Source: Candidatus Latescibacterota bacterium
Lineage (GTDB): Bacteria > Latescibacterota > UBA2968 > UBA8231
NCBI GenBank assembly: GCA_965248265.1
Contig: CBDFJF010000001.1
Location: 2,304,001 to 2,368,000 of the forward strand
Length of the DNA: 64,000 nt
Direction: 5' to 3'
Positions 7,933 to 18,956 of this stretch are shown in pieces. How positions within the stretch are numbered: the first letter of the stretch is position 1; each line of letters opens with the position of its first letter. Under the pieces are notes generated by a model. The model saw only the letters and a program-made list of their open reading frames with translations, did not search any database and was not told where the DNA came from. The position numbers were made by a program, and so were the translations under genes.

Positions 7933-9911
7933 GCCTTGCTGAGAGCGTGGTCGCTTGCCGCGCTCATCATCTTTTGGATGGTATCCGTTATGCGCTGCGG
8001 ATCTTCGATGCTGCCTTCACCCAGCAATACATAATCGACAAGGAACTGCGCCCACTCCTTCAACTGGGCAGAATCCCGGTCCTTCTTCAACAGCTCACCC
8101 ATGTTCACGAGGGTGGCATGACTGGGATTGATCTCGAGGATGCGCTTGGTCGGAGAGAACTCCTGATCGCTCATGCGCATCAAGCGTTCCAGGTTCTGAC
8201 TGATACCGCCCTTGGGTGTCACCAGCACACATGGACTGTCTGTCAGTCGCGACGACTCCCTGACGTCAGCCACCCGATTCTCCAATTCCTTCTTGAGGAA
8301 GCTGACGAGCTCTATCGTGCGTTCTTTGTCTTCAGTCGCCTCCGCTCCCTCGATCTTAGCCTCATCCTCCTCCAACTCGACGTCTTCGGCGTCAATGGCC
8401 TGAAACTTCTTGCCGTCAATATCCTGCAAAGTGTTGACGACCCACTCGTCGACGGGCTCGGCCATGTACAGGACCTCGAGCTGCCGCTTGCGGAAGGCCT
8501 CCAACAGCGGACTCTTGGCTATCGCGTCGAGGCTCTCACCGGTGACGTAGTAGATGACTTCCTGATCCACCTGCATCCGGTCGACGTAGTCCTGCAGCGA
8601 GATCAGTCCTTCTGCAGCCATCGGATCGGTATCACCGCCCTCGCTCTCAGACTCCCCTTCCTTCTGCGCCTCAACCTTGAAGTCATCCGACAGCGAAGAG
8701 TGATAGCGCAGCAGCTTGGTGATCTGGTCCTTGTTGTCGAAATCCCGCGCGATGCCCTCCTTGAGGACGATGCCGAACGAATTCCAGAAGGTCAGGTAGT
8801 TGTCAGGTCTCTTCTTCGACATGTCCTCGAGCATGCTCAGGATCCGCCTGACCAGCGTGGAGCGAATCTTGGCCACCACCGGATTGTTCTGCAGTGATTC
8901 CCGTGCAACGTTGAGTGGCAGGTCGTCGCAGTCCACGACACCCCGAACGAAGCGCAGGTACAATGGGAGTAAATCCGGGCAGTCATTTTGGATAAACACG
9001 CGGCGCACGTGCAGGTCCAGGGAAACCTTCGGCTCGGAGGCGAACAGCAGCTCCATCGGGGTCTGCCGCGGCAGGTAGAGGAGCGCGTAGAACTGGATGG
9101 GTACATCGACGGCGATATGCTCCCAGCTCAGCGGCTCCTGATGATCGCCAGTGAGATGGGTAAAGAACTCCTTGTAGTGCTCGTCCGTGAGCTCGTTGCG
9201 CGGACGCGCCCACAAAGCGGAAGCTTCATTGGCCTGCTTCCCCGCCACCTTGATCGGATAGGCGACGTAGTCGGAGTGTTTGCGGATGATACCCTCCAGC
9301 ACATGGGCATCCAGATACTCCTCGCTGTCGCTGCGCAGGTAGATGACGATCTCGGTGCCTCTCTGGGTGCGGTCCTTCGTCGTCGACACGGTATAGCTGC
9401 CTGTCCCCGTCGACTCCCACATCACGGCCTCGGCGTCCGCCTCGGCGCTTCTCGTAGTCACGACGACACGCTCGGCGACCATGAAAACGGAATAGAAGCC
9501 GACGCCGAAACGGCCGATCAGCTGCAGCTTCTCCTGTTCGTCACCCTCGGAGAGCGCCTTGATGAACTCGGCGGACCCTGAATGGGCGATGGTGCCGATG
9601 TTTTCGTTGACTTCATCTCGCGTCATACCAACGCCGGTATCCGCGATCGTCAGGGTCTTGGCGCTGGCGTTGACCTGTATGTCGATTTCAAGCTCGGCGT
9701 CTGGATCGACGATGTCACGATCTGTCAGCGACCGAAAGCGAATCTTGTCGAGGGCGTCGGAGGCGTTGGAGATCAATTCACGAAGAAAAACTTCCTTATG
9801 GGTGTAAAGGGAATGAATCAGAATCTGGAGAACCTGTTGGACCTCCGTCTGAAACTGCCTTTCCTCCGCGTGTGCTTCCTCTGATGTAACTGTGGCGCCA
9901 GACTCCGCCAT
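7929..9911 (-). CDS. htpG: Molecular chaperone HtpG (Hsp90)
   Basis: FLRELISNASDALDK, IGRFGVGFYS and LEINP motifs. Confidence 0.97.
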   Translation of the reverse strand: MAESGATVTSEEAHAEERQFQTEVQQVLQILIHSLYTHKEVFLRELISNASDALDKIRFRSLTDRDIVDPDAELEIDIQVNASAKTLTIADTGVGMTRDEVNENIGTIAHSGSAEFIKALSEGDEQEKLQLIGRFGVGFYSVFMVAERVVVTTRSAEADAEAVMWESTGTGSYTVSTTKDRTQRGTEIVIYLRSDSEEYLDAHVLEGIIRKHSDYVAYPIKVAGKQANEASALWARPRNELTDEHYKEFFTHLTGDHQEPLSWEHIAVDVPIQFYALLYLPRQTPMELLFASEPKVSLDLHVRRVFIQNDCPDLLPLYLRFVRGVVDCDDLPLNVARESLQNNPVVAKIRSTLVRRILSMLEDMSKKRPDNYLTFWNSFGIVLKEGIARDFDNKDQITKLLRYHSSLSDDFKVEAQKEGESESEGGDTDPMAAEGLISLQDYVDRMQVDQEVIYYVTGESLDAIAKSPLLEAFRKRQLEVLYMAEPVDEWVVNTLQDIDGKKFQAIDAEDVELEEDEAKIEGAEATEDKERTIELVSFLKKELENRVADVRESSRLTDSPCVLVTPKGGISQNLERLMRMSDQEFSPTKRILEINPSHATLVNMGELLKKDRDSAQLKEWAQFLVDYVLLGEGSIEDPQRITDTIQKMMSAASDHALSKA

Positions 9912-10119
9912 TGCTCATAAACTCCGTCGTTTTTGGTATTTAGTTGGCAACCAGGGGCGTGCGAGTGGGTCTTGATGAGCATGTAAATCTACATAAGAGG
10001 ATCTGATTGGCAAGACGGGGCACCCCCACTATGTTCACGAGGGCCTGTCCGAGTATTCGCTTTGATAGGCGATGACACCCCCGCAGCCCGAATGGGATAC
10101 TCGGACAGGCACCTAAAGC

Positions 10120-11385
10120 ATGATAGACAACTCCACATTCGACCTCATCATCGTCGGCGGCGGACCGGCGGGAGCCGCTGCCACGCTCTACGCCGACCGG
10201 CAAGGGCTGCGTACTCTCCTCGTCGACAAAGCCTCCTTTCCCCGGGATAAGATCTGCGGCGATGCGCTGTCAGGGAAATCGATCTCCGTTCTGGATGAAC
10301 TGGGGTTGGTGGATGAAATCCGCCAGCTTCCCGGAGCACTCATCAAGGAGATCGTGTTCGGCAGTCCGAGTCACGTCGACGCCCGTATCGACCTGAAGCG
10401 GCACGACCATCGGGATCCGATGACAGGCCGGGTGTTGCCGGGCGGGGGATTCGTGATCCGCCGGAAGATCTTCGACCACTTTCTGTTCGACAAGGCACGG
10501 GTCGCAGCTGATCGATGCATCCAGGGCTTTACGGTGCGCGATCTCATCTTCGACCATGGAGCCGTGTGCGGCGTGCGCGGCGAAGCAGCGGGCAAGGCCA
10601 CTGAATTTCACGCTCCCGTCATCCTGGGATGCGACGGTTTCAGTTCGGTCGTAGCACGCAAGACCGGCCTCTACCAGCATGACAGCCGCCACGGCGTCGT
10701 CGCCCTGCGCCGCTATTACGAGAACGTCAAAGGCCTGACCAACCAGATCGAGCTGCACTTCGTCGAGGAAGCCCTGCCGGGGTATTTCTGGATTTTTCCG
10801 CTCGAGAACGGCTGCGCCAATGTCGGCATCGGCACCCTGCATCAGCATATCAAGAAACGTCACTCCAAGCTCAAGACGGCCCTGGACGCGGTAATCCATC
10901 GAGACCCGTTTCGCGAGCGCTTCGCCGAAGCGTCAGCCCTCGAAGAGCCTGTCGGCTGGAACCTGCCATTGGGCAGCAAGCACCGGCGCTCTTACGGAGA
11001 CGGTTTCATGTTGTTGGGAGATGCCGCCGGCCTCATCGATCCGTTCACTGGAGAGGGCATCGGCAATGCCCTCTACTCAGGAAGGGTGGCCGCCGAGGTG
11101 GCAGCGCAAGCGGTCGCTGCCGGTGACAGCAGCGCCGCCGTCATGCGACAATATGACGAGCGCCTCTGGGCGACCATTGGCAGTGAGTTGACCACCAGCA
11201 AGCGCCTGCAGCAACTGGGACACTGGCGTCCATTGCTCAACTACGTCATCCGCAGAGCAGCCCGTGATGAGACCGTCAGTGACCACATCTGCGGCATGAT
11301 CGCCAACGTGGTGCCCAAGCAGGAACTCACCGGCCCGCTCTACTACCTGAAACTGCTGATGTCAACTTCGCGCCGCGAATCGTAG
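10120..11385 (+). CDS. Geranylgeranyl reductase-family FAD-dependent oxidoreductase
   Basis: GGGPAG, FPRDKICGD, GYFWIFP and GDAAGLIDPFTGEGI motifs. Confidence 0.88.
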   Translation: MIDNSTFDLIIVGGGPAGAAATLYADRQGLRTLLVDKASFPRDKICGDALSGKSISVLDELGLVDEIRQLPGALIKEIVFGSPSHVDARIDLKRHDHRDPMTGRVLPGGGFVIRRKIFDHFLFDKARVAADRCIQGFTVRDLIFDHGAVCGVRGEAAGKATEFHAPVILGCDGFSSVVARKTGLYQHDSRHGVVALRRYYENVKGLTNQIELHFVEEALPGYFWIFPLENGCANVGIGTLHQHIKKRHSKLKTALDAVIHRDPFRERFAEASALEEPVGWNLPLGSKHRRSYGDGFMLLGDAAGLIDPFTGEGIGNALYSGRVAAEVAAQAVAAGDSSAAVMRQYDERLWATIGSELTTSKRLQQLGHWRPLLNYVIRRAARDETVSDHICGMIANVVPKQELTGPLYYLKLLMSTSRRES

Positions 11386-11392
11386 CTGGGAA

Positions 11393-12193
11393 TCATATGG
11401 TCGTCGCTAGAAACCCGCCATCCACGACGATATCCGTGCCGGTGACGAAGCTGCTGGCCTTGTCAGAGGCCAGAAACACGGCCGCGCCAACCAGCTCCTC
11501 AGGGTCGCCGTAGCGGTCCATCGGTGTGTGCCCGAGGATCTGGCCGCCACGCTCCGTCGGACTGCCATCCTCATTGAACAACAATCGCCGGTTCTGTTCG
11601 GCCGGAAAGAAACCGGGTGTGATGGCGTTGACGCGCACCCCGCGTGTCGCCCACTCACGCGCCAGAAAACGCGTCAGGCTGAGCACGCCGGCCTTGGCCG
11701 CCGAATAGGCGACGACTCGCGAGATGGGCAGATTCGCGGCGGCTGAGGCGATGTTGATGATGCTGCCGCGACCACGCGATACCATGCCGGCACCGAACTC
11801 CTGACACGGCAGCAAGGCGCCGCCTGCCAAGTTGAGGTCGAAGCAGGCATTCCAATCCTGCAGAGCAATTCCCTCGAAACTCAGATCGTCGGAGAGCGTC
11901 ACCGTCGGCATGTTGCCGCCAGCGGCGTTGACGAGAATGGTGGCAGGTCCGTAGTCGGCTTCGACCTGATCCCTCGCTTTCACAAGAGATTCCCGGTCCG
12001 TGGCGTCACAGGCGACGAATGTCCCGTCGCCTCCTGCTGCGATGATCTGCTGCACCCTGGCCTCGCCACGCTCTGCGCTGCGACCCAGCACAGCGATACG
12101 CGCGCCGGCTCCTGCCAGGCCGCTGGCTATGGCGCCGCCCAGGACTCCGGTGCCGCCGATGACGATGGCGATATCGTCCTTCAAGTCGAACAT
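11393..12193 (-). CDS. SDR oxidoreductase (gluconate 5-dehydrogenase / mannonate oxidoreductase-like)
   Basis: GGTGVLG, NAAGGN, YSAAK and PGFFPAEQNR motifs. Confidence 0.88.
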   Translation of the reverse strand: MFDLKDDIAIVIGGTGVLGGAIASGLAGAGARIAVLGRSAERGEARVQQIIAAGGDGTFVACDATDRESLVKARDQVEADYGPATILVNAAGGNMPTVTLSDDLSFEGIALQDWNACFDLNLAGGALLPCQEFGAGMVSRGRGSIINIASAAANLPISRVVAYSAAKAGVLSLTRFLAREWATRGVRVNAITPGFFPAEQNRRLLFNEDGSPTERGGQILGHTPMDRYGDPEELVGAAVFLASDKASSFVTGTDIVVDGGFLATTI

Positions 12194-12267
12194 GCCTTCA
12201 TCTCCTTGGAATCAAGTCGGGCGCCGCCTCTCGTGCTCGTTGCCCCGTTGTATTGTTGTGACCACCT

Positions 12268-13050
12268 TCACGGAATCTCGGCCAGGCCCCAGTATGAAGC
12301 GACCGCACGCGACACCAGTCCGATCGAGCCACCGAAGACATTACCCCAAACGATGAGCCAACCCAGATGCTCCCGCATCACGTGCTCCATCATCTCCTTG
12401 ACGGTTTCCGGTGTCAGCTCCTGCAGCTTCCTCTCCAGCAGAGCATCCACCTGCTCGCGCACCGCAGTGGGATCTATTTTGGAGAAGAGCTTGCCCTGCA
12501 GTTGTGGCATCAGCTCGGCGTTCAAACCGGTGAGGAATTCCTTGACCACCAGTTTGAGGATGTCTGTCCCGGCCATGCGGACCATCATCCCGAACGGCCC
12601 TTCCTTGAGTTTTTCGAGTTGTCGTTCTATCGCCTTGTCGGCTTCCTCCGACTGCAACAGCTCAGTGACCTGAGCCTGCAGGTCAACGCCGGGAAACAGC
12701 TCGGTGCCGGCTTCTTCAAAAAATCGGCGGAGATAGTCCTCTTCGAAGAAATGGGCCATGATCAGGTTCTTGATCGTCGCCCGGATCTCCTCGAACCGAT
12801 TGGGAATTACCCCCGACCCGTACAGTAGCGGAACCCGGTCGAAGAGCATCTTGACGGCCAGCCAGTTGGTGATACCGCCTGCGAAACCGAAGAGTCCGAC
12901 GGCCAGCAGCCACGGAGCCGCCGAATCCAGAGCCACCGGCAGCGCCTCCTCCCCGCGCTCCCACATCAGGGTCAGCACCAGGCCAATGACCAGGACGGCA
13001 GCGGAGATCAGATTGCTGACCGTGCCTTTTTCAAAAGTGAATGGCTTCAA
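12268..13050 (-). CDS. DUF445-like membrane protein
   Basis: GGITNWLAVKMLF...GVIP and C-terminal WLIVWGNVFGG patterns. Confidence 0.8.
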   Translation of the reverse strand: MKPFTFEKGTVSNLISAAVLVIGLVLTLMWERGEEALPVALDSAAPWLLAVGLFGFAGGITNWLAVKMLFDRVPLLYGSGVIPNRFEEIRATIKNLIMAHFFEEDYLRRFFEEAGTELFPGVDLQAQVTELLQSEEADKAIERQLEKLKEGPFGMMVRMAGTDILKLVVKEFLTGLNAELMPQLQGKLFSKIDPTAVREQVDALLERKLQELTPETVKEMMEHVMREHLGWLIVWGNVFGGSIGLVSRAVASYWGLAEIP

Positions 13051-13072
13051 GAGAGAACGTTCGGTCGGAGGC

Positions 13073-14179
13073 TTATAGGGAGGTCGTGCTGTCGCTGCGG
13101 TCGCGATGGCGTTCGACGGCCAATTCCAACAGCCGGTCGATCAACTCGGGATAGGAGATACCGCTGGCTGCCCACAGCTTCGGGTACATGCTGATCGGCG
13201 TGAATCCGGGGATGGTGTTGATCTCGTTGACAATCATGGTGCCATCCTCGCGCGCGAAGAGATCCACCCGTGCCATTCCGGCAGCATCCACGGCCAGGAA
13301 GGTCTGCTTCGCCAGTTGCTGCGCTCGCGCCGTCGTGGCTTCATCCAGATCTGCCGGGATGATCAGCTCAGAGTTGCTTTCCTTGTACTTAGCTTCGTAG
13401 TCGTAGAATTCGCCATCCGGCCGAATCTCTCCAACCACGGACACGATCGGATTTTCGTAACCGAGAACCGAACACTCGAACTCCCTGCAGCCCTGCCCGG
13501 CATCAGCCTCTATGATGATCTTGCGGTCGTAGCGAGCCGCCGCATCCATGGCCGTTGAAAACTCCGACCCATCGTGGACCTTCGAGATGCCGACGCTCGA
13601 TCCCAGGTTGGCCGGCTTGACGAACAGGGGATAGGCGAAATCGCGCTCGATCTCCTCTTGCACAATCGTCGCGTAGGCTCGCCAGCGGCTGCGCAGCACG
13701 GTGGCGTGCGCCACCTGGGGAATGCCGGCCGTCTGCAGCACCCGCTTCATCATGTCCTTGTCCATGGAGACGGCCGATCCGAGCACGCCGGAGCCGACGT
13801 AGGCGACGTCTGCCAACTCCAAGAACCCCTGAACCGTGCCGTCCTCGCCGAAGGGGCCGTGCAGGAGCGGGAAGACGACGTCCAGCTTGCGGCCGCTGTT
13901 TATCTGTGAAGCACCGGACCTCATTACCAGATCCTGACCACCGCAGTAATCGAGCGCCACCGGGCGGGCAGACTCGTCGCCCTCCACCTTGCCCGCACTC
14001 AGCATCTTGCCGGCGTCGCCGGGCAGTAGCCATCTCCCCTCGCGATCGATGCCGATGAGGATCACTTCGTACTTGTCCCGGTCGATGGCCTCGACCAGGG
14101 AGTGCGCTGAAGCCACGGACACCTCGTGCTCCGCGGACCGTCCGCCGAACAGAACGCCGACTCTGATTTTCTCGACCAT
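13073..14179 (-). CDS. ddl: D-alanine--D-alanine ligase
   Basis: GGRSAEHEVS, HGPFGEDG, GSSVGISKV and NEINTIPGFT motifs. Confidence 0.97.
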   Translation of the reverse strand: MVEKIRVGVLFGGRSAEHEVSVASAHSLVEAIDRDKYEVILIGIDREGRWLLPGDAGKMLSAGKVEGDESARPVALDYCGGQDLVMRSGASQINSGRKLDVVFPLLHGPFGEDGTVQGFLELADVAYVGSGVLGSAVSMDKDMMKRVLQTAGIPQVAHATVLRSRWRAYATIVQEEIERDFAYPLFVKPANLGSSVGISKVHDGSEFSTAMDAAARYDRKIIIEADAGQGCREFECSVLGYENPIVSVVGEIRPDGEFYDYEAKYKESNSELIIPADLDEATTARAQQLAKQTFLAVDAAGMARVDLFAREDGTMIVNEINTIPGFTPISMYPKLWAASGISYPELIDRLLELAVERHRDRSDSTTSL

Positions 14180-14319
14180 ATCGATTCTTACCGGCGTAGT
14201 GCCTCTGGGAGGGTGACCTGGGGGTTGATACGGATAACCGCCGTTCGAATATAGGGATATTCACGTCATCGACAGTCCCAGGCTTGAGTCCAGCACCGCC
14301 CGTGCGTAGCCTTCCCGGT

Positions 14320-16425
14320 ATGACCCCACCCACTCACCGCGTCCGCATCGCCGCCGACGTCGGCGGCACCTTCACCGACGTCGTCCTCCTGGATAAATCC
14401 GGTCGTGTCCACGCCCACAAAGTCCCGTCGACGCCGCCGGATTTCGAGCGCGCCGTCGGAGACGCCGTCGGCTTCCTGCTGCAACAGACGCACGTCCCAG
14501 GCGCCAGCGTCGATGATGTCGCCCATGGAACGACGGTGGCCACCAACGCCGTCCTCGAGCGCACTGGGGCCCTCTCCGCCTTGATCACCACCGAGGGGTT
14601 CCGGGATGTGCTCGAATTGCGGCGCATTCACTGTCCGCAGCTCTACAATCTATTCTTCCAGAAGCCGCCTCAACTCGTTGAGCGAGAGCGCCGCTTCGAA
14701 ATCACCGAGCGCATGTCGGCCACGGGCGAAATCCTCAAGCCGCTGGACGAGTCCGTGCTCCCTGCCATTGTCGATCGACTACGGGCGGACGGGGTCGAAT
14801 CGGTGGCCGTCGCGCTGTTGCATTCCTACGCTTTTCCTGAGCATGAGAGGTTGATCGGGGATTATCTCAAGACCCAGATGCCCGACCTGTTGGTTTCCCT
14901 GTCCTGCGATGTCCTGCCCGAACGACGCGAGTACGAGCGTACCGCCACGACCGTCGTCAACGCCTACATAAGGCCGGTCATGGACCGTTATGTGAGCGCC
15001 CTGAGCCAGCGTCTGGAACAATTGGATGTCAGGGCTCCCTTGCTGATCATGCAGTCGGCCGGAGGGTTGACTCCCGCCGAGGACGCCACCAATCGACCGG
15101 TCTTCGTGCTCGAATCCGGGCCGGCGGCCGGTGTGCTGGCCTCTCGCTACGCGGCGCTCGAGCTGGGCATCGACAACCTCATCACCCTCGACATGGGTGG
15201 GACAACGGCCAAGGCCTCCATGATCGAAAATGGCAGCGTCGGCTACAGTGCCGAGTACGAGGTCGGCGCAACTCTGTCTTCGGGAGCAGGACTCATGGGA
15301 GGTGGCGGCGAACTCATCCGCGCGCCCAGCATCGACATCGCTGAAGTCGGGGCCGGCGGTGGCAGCATCGCCTATCTGGACGGAGCTGGTGGACTGCGTG
15401 TGGGGCCACGCTCAGCCGGCGCCCTGCCGGGGCCGGTCTGCTATGGGCGGGGCGGCAGTGAACCGACCCTGACCGATGCCAACGTCGTCCTCGGATTCAT
15501 CCGTCCCGGAGCGCTTGCCGATGGCGAGGTCCAAATCGATCTCGAAGCGGCTCGGCAGGTCATCGACGAGCGCATCGCCGCCCCTCTGGGGCTGGAGTTG
15601 GCCGCAGCCGCCGAGGGCATTCATCGCATTGCCAACGCGCGGACTCTCAGGGCGTTACGGTCCGTTTCCTCCGAAAGAGGCAGGGACCCGCGAGAGTTCT
15701 CCCTCATCGCCTTCGGAGGCTCGGGACCGATCCATGCCGCCGCGCTCGGTTTGGAGTTAGGCGTCCGGCAAGTGCTGATTCCGCCGCTACCGGGCCTGTT
15801 CAGTGCCGTCGGCCTGCTGTGTTCTGGGGTGGAGCATCACGGGGTACGCAGCTGCTTGTTATCCGAAGAACGGCTGTGCGCGGATGAGTTGGAGCGCCTT
15901 CGCCTGGAGATCGAGACCGAGATGCTGGCGCAGTTCGCGGCCGAAGGCATTGCCGCATCCGAGGTGGAGTTGAGTTGCAGTGTCGATGTGCGCTTCCGTG
16001 GCCAGACTTCCGAGATCCGCGTGTCCTGGCCCGCTGGCGACCTAAACGATGCTGTGACCACGATAAAGGAGGGTTTTGCCGATGAACATGAGCGGCTCTA
16101 CGGCCATCGCTCCGACCCCGACAATCCGGTCGAGGTGCGCGCGGTACGCCTCATCGGCACGGCGGCGAATGCCGGCATGCTGGGGACGGACGGACCATCC
16201 GGTGACGTGAGATCAGTCGACACAACCGGTTCACGGCGGCAGGTATATTTCGGTCAACAAGACGGCTATCTGTCGACACCCGTCATCGAGCGCGTCGATC
16301 TGGATAGCCCCCAACGTGGCCCACTGTTGATCGACGAGTTCGATACAACCATAGTCATTCCGCCGCACGCATACAGCCACATCGACGACCGCGGCAACCT
16401 CATCATGACCCTCGGGGGTGAATAA
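14320..16425 (+). CDS. Hydantoinase A / 5-oxoprolinase subunit
   Basis: DVGGTFTD, HGTTVATN, ESGPAAG, DMGGTT and GAGGGSI motifs. Confidence 0.93.
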   Translation: MTPPTHRVRIAADVGGTFTDVVLLDKSGRVHAHKVPSTPPDFERAVGDAVGFLLQQTHVPGASVDDVAHGTTVATNAVLERTGALSALITTEGFRDVLELRRIHCPQLYNLFFQKPPQLVERERRFEITERMSATGEILKPLDESVLPAIVDRLRADGVESVAVALLHSYAFPEHERLIGDYLKTQMPDLLVSLSCDVLPERREYERTATTVVNAYIRPVMDRYVSALSQRLEQLDVRAPLLIMQSAGGLTPAEDATNRPVFVLESGPAAGVLASRYAALELGIDNLITLDMGGTTAKASMIENGSVGYSAEYEVGATLSSGAGLMGGGGELIRAPSIDIAEVGAGGGSIAYLDGAGGLRVGPRSAGALPGPVCYGRGGSEPTLTDANVVLGFIRPGALADGEVQIDLEAARQVIDERIAAPLGLELAAAAEGIHRIANARTLRALRSVSSERGRDPREFSLIAFGGSGPIHAAALGLELGVRQVLIPPLPGLFSAVGLLCSGVEHHGVRSCLLSEERLCADELERLRLEIETEMLAQFAAEGIAASEVELSCSVDVRFRGQTSEIRVSWPAGDLNDAVTTIKEGFADEHERLYGHRSDPDNPVEVRAVRLIGTAANAGMLGTDGPSGDVRSVDTTGSRRQVYFGQQDGYLSTPVIERVDLDSPQRGPLLIDEFDTTIVIPPHAYSHIDDRGNLIMTLGGE

Positions 16426-16427
16426 AA

Positions 16428-18161
16428 TTGTCCGCGGATACTGTAGACCCCATCACCCGTGAGATCATGCAGCACGCGCTGGCTTCGGCGGCTGACGAGA
16501 TGGCACTGGCCCTCTACCGGACGGCGTACTCCACCATCGTCCGCGACTGCCTCGACTACTCCACGTCACTTTGCGATGCCGACGGAGACATGATCGCCCA
16601 GGGAGTCACCATTCCCCTCCATTTGGGTACAGTGCCGTTCGCTATGGAAGCCCTCTTCGCCAAGTACGGTGACGACATGGAGGAAGGCGATCTGTTCATC
16701 CTCAATGATCCGTTCGATGGCGGCATGCATATCCCCGACATCTACATCGTGCAGCCGATCTTCTGGGAAGGACAACGCGTCGCCTTCGCCGTCACCACCG
16801 CCCACCATCTGGATCTGGGAGGACGGCTTCCCGGCAGCTCGGCCTGTGACAACACCGAAATCTTCCAGGAAGGGCTGCGTATTCCCTGGCTCAAGCTCTA
16901 CCGCCGGGGAGAGCCGGACGAATCCTTGTTCGCATTGCTGCGGGCCAACGTACGGGTGCCATCCGTGACCCTCGGCGACCTGCGCGCCCAGATCGCCGCC
17001 TGCCACATCGGCCGTCAGGCCATACACGATCTGATTGTCCGTTACGGGCTGGAAACCTTCACAACCTGTGCTGCCGACCTGATCGAGTACACGGAACGAC
17101 TGATCCGCTCCGAGATTTCCTCGTGGCCGGACGGCAGCCACTCCTTCACCGATTACATGGACAGCGACGGGGTCGGCGGTCCACCGGTGAAACTGCATGT
17201 CACCCTCACCGTTGAGGGTGACACGCTGACGGCCGATTTCACCGGGACCGACCCGCAGGTTCCCGGCGCCATCAACAACACCCTCTCTTTCACCGCTTCC
17301 GTCGTCGCCCTGGGCATGCGGTCCGTGCTTCGTGAAGACGTTCCCAACACGGCCGGTATTTTCCGTCCGCTCGAGATCATCGCCCCGAAGGGGACCGTCG
17401 TCCACGGCGAGATGCCTGCTGCCTCGTCCATGCGCGGTATAACCGGGTTCCGCCTCGCCGACACCGTTTTTGGCGCCCTTGCCGGCCTGCTCCCCGGCAG
17501 GGTCCATGCCGCCGGTGAGGGAGGCAATTCCCTCGTCGTCATCGGCGGCCAGCATGCGGATCGATCACACTACGTCTACTACGAGTTGATGTCGGGAACG
17601 TGGGGTGGACGGCCTGACCGGGATGGCAACGACGGTCTGTGCAATCCGGCCAATGTGGCCAGCAACATCCCCATCGAAGAGGCCGAATCCCAGTACCCGG
17701 TGAGAATCAGTCGCTACGGCCTCGTCGATGACAGCGGCGGAGCCGGCAAGTACCGTGGTGGACTCGCCATCGAGCGTGAATGGGAGCTGCTGGAGGGAGA
17801 AGCCCACCTGGCGATCCGTTCTGATCGCCGCGATCATTTACCTTATGGTCTTGGTGGTGGCCGCCCCGGGACTCCGTCGAATTCGATTCTACACGGCGCC
17901 GGCGGCGAGGAAATCTTGCCGACGATGATCTCGACCCGCATGAAGGCGGGCGAGCAGCTCTACCACAGACAGGCAGGCGGTGGTGGCTGGGGTGATCCGC
18001 TGGAGCGCGATACCAGCGCTGTCGAACGGGATGTGCGCGACGGCAAAGTCTCCATCGAAGCCGCGCGGATCGAATACGGCGTTGTTCTTGATCCACACTC
18101 CCTGGAGGTTGATGGAGACGCTACAGAATCGCAACGAGCACGGATGCGTTCCGTTCGATGA
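16428..18161 (+). CDS. Hydantoinase B / 5-oxoprolinase subunit
   Basis: NDPFDGGMHIPD, HHLDLGG, EIFQEG and GGGGWGDPLERD motifs. Confidence 0.93.
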   Translation: MSADTVDPITREIMQHALASAADEMALALYRTAYSTIVRDCLDYSTSLCDADGDMIAQGVTIPLHLGTVPFAMEALFAKYGDDMEEGDLFILNDPFDGGMHIPDIYIVQPIFWEGQRVAFAVTTAHHLDLGGRLPGSSACDNTEIFQEGLRIPWLKLYRRGEPDESLFALLRANVRVPSVTLGDLRAQIAACHIGRQAIHDLIVRYGLETFTTCAADLIEYTERLIRSEISSWPDGSHSFTDYMDSDGVGGPPVKLHVTLTVEGDTLTADFTGTDPQVPGAINNTLSFTASVVALGMRSVLREDVPNTAGIFRPLEIIAPKGTVVHGEMPAASSMRGITGFRLADTVFGALAGLLPGRVHAAGEGGNSLVVIGGQHADRSHYVYYELMSGTWGGRPDRDGNDGLCNPANVASNIPIEEAESQYPVRISRYGLVDDSGGAGKYRGGLAIEREWELLEGEAHLAIRSDRRDHLPYGLGGGRPGTPSNSILHGAGGEEILPTMISTRMKAGEQLYHRQAGGGGWGDPLERDTSAVERDVRDGKVSIEAARIEYGVVLDPHSLEVDGDATESQRARMRSVR

Positions 18162-18191
18162 GGGCATCGGTTCAGCAATCAGAGGATCTAC

Positions 18192-18956
18192 ATGGCACTG
18201 AGTGAATCACAGATCGTGCAGTTCGAAGAGACCGGTCACCTGGTCGTCGAGTCCTTGATCTCCCAGGCGCAGCTGGACAAAGTGCGCGAACACATGAGTG
18301 CGATCGCGGAGGGCCGCGTCGACTTTCCCGCCGCCCAACTTGAGTACGAACCAGGTACTGGTGACGACCGGCCGGCTATCGAGCGACTGCGAAAGATCAA
18401 TAAGGGAGCCGCGCATGACCCCGTGTTCATGGAGCATGCCCTCAACTCGGCCATCGTCGACGTCATCGAGGACCTGCTGGGGCCCGATCTAAAGCTGTTC
18501 GGCGACCAGATGTTCGTCAAACCACCAGGTGGCCTGGAAAAGACCTACCACCAGGACTCGGCCTATTTCTTCATCGAGCCCATGGCCATCATCACCGCCT
18601 GGGTCGCCCTCGACGACGCCACCCTTGAAAACGGCTGCCTGTGGGTCATTCCCGGTTCTCATCGTCAGGGGGTACTCGACCACAGCGAAGTCTGGATGGT
18701 CGGAGACCGACAGGACCGGAAAATTCCCGATGCGGCCCTCGACCGCAGCAAGGAGGTCCCCGTCCTGCTCAATGCCGGGGACTGCTCCTTCCATCACAGT
18801 CTGTTACTGCACCGATCCGGGCCTAACAACACTGCTCAATTTCGCCGCGGACAGGCGTCCCACTACATGAGTGCCCGCTCGCGCTGGACCGGGAAGCCGG
18901 AAGACAAGCCCGATTACCCGCTGATCAGAGGCCGGGAGCACGCCGGGTGCGCCTGA
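18192..18956 (+). CDS. PhyH-family Fe(II)/2-oxoglutarate dioxygenase
   Basis: HQD...H facial triad and ENGCLWVIPGSH motif. Confidence 0.9.
   Translation: MALSESQIVQFEETGHLVVESLISQAQLDKVREHMSAIAEGRVDFPAAQLEYEPGTGDDRPAIERLRKINKGAAHDPVFMEHALNSAIVDVIEDLLGPDLKLFGDQMFVKPPGGLEKTYHQDSAYFFIEPMAIITAWVALDDATLENGCLWVIPGSHRQGVLDHSEVWMVGDRQDRKIPDAALDRSKEVPVLLNAGDCSFHHSLLLHRSGPNNTAQFRRGQASHYMSARSRWTGKPEDKPDYPLIRGREHAGCA

Noticed and set aside
9944-9971. CIRCE-like element upstream of htpG (TTGGCAACC...GAGTGGGTC)
   Set aside because: Too many mismatches to TTAGCACTC-N9-GAGTGCTAA, and the spacer is 10 nt.
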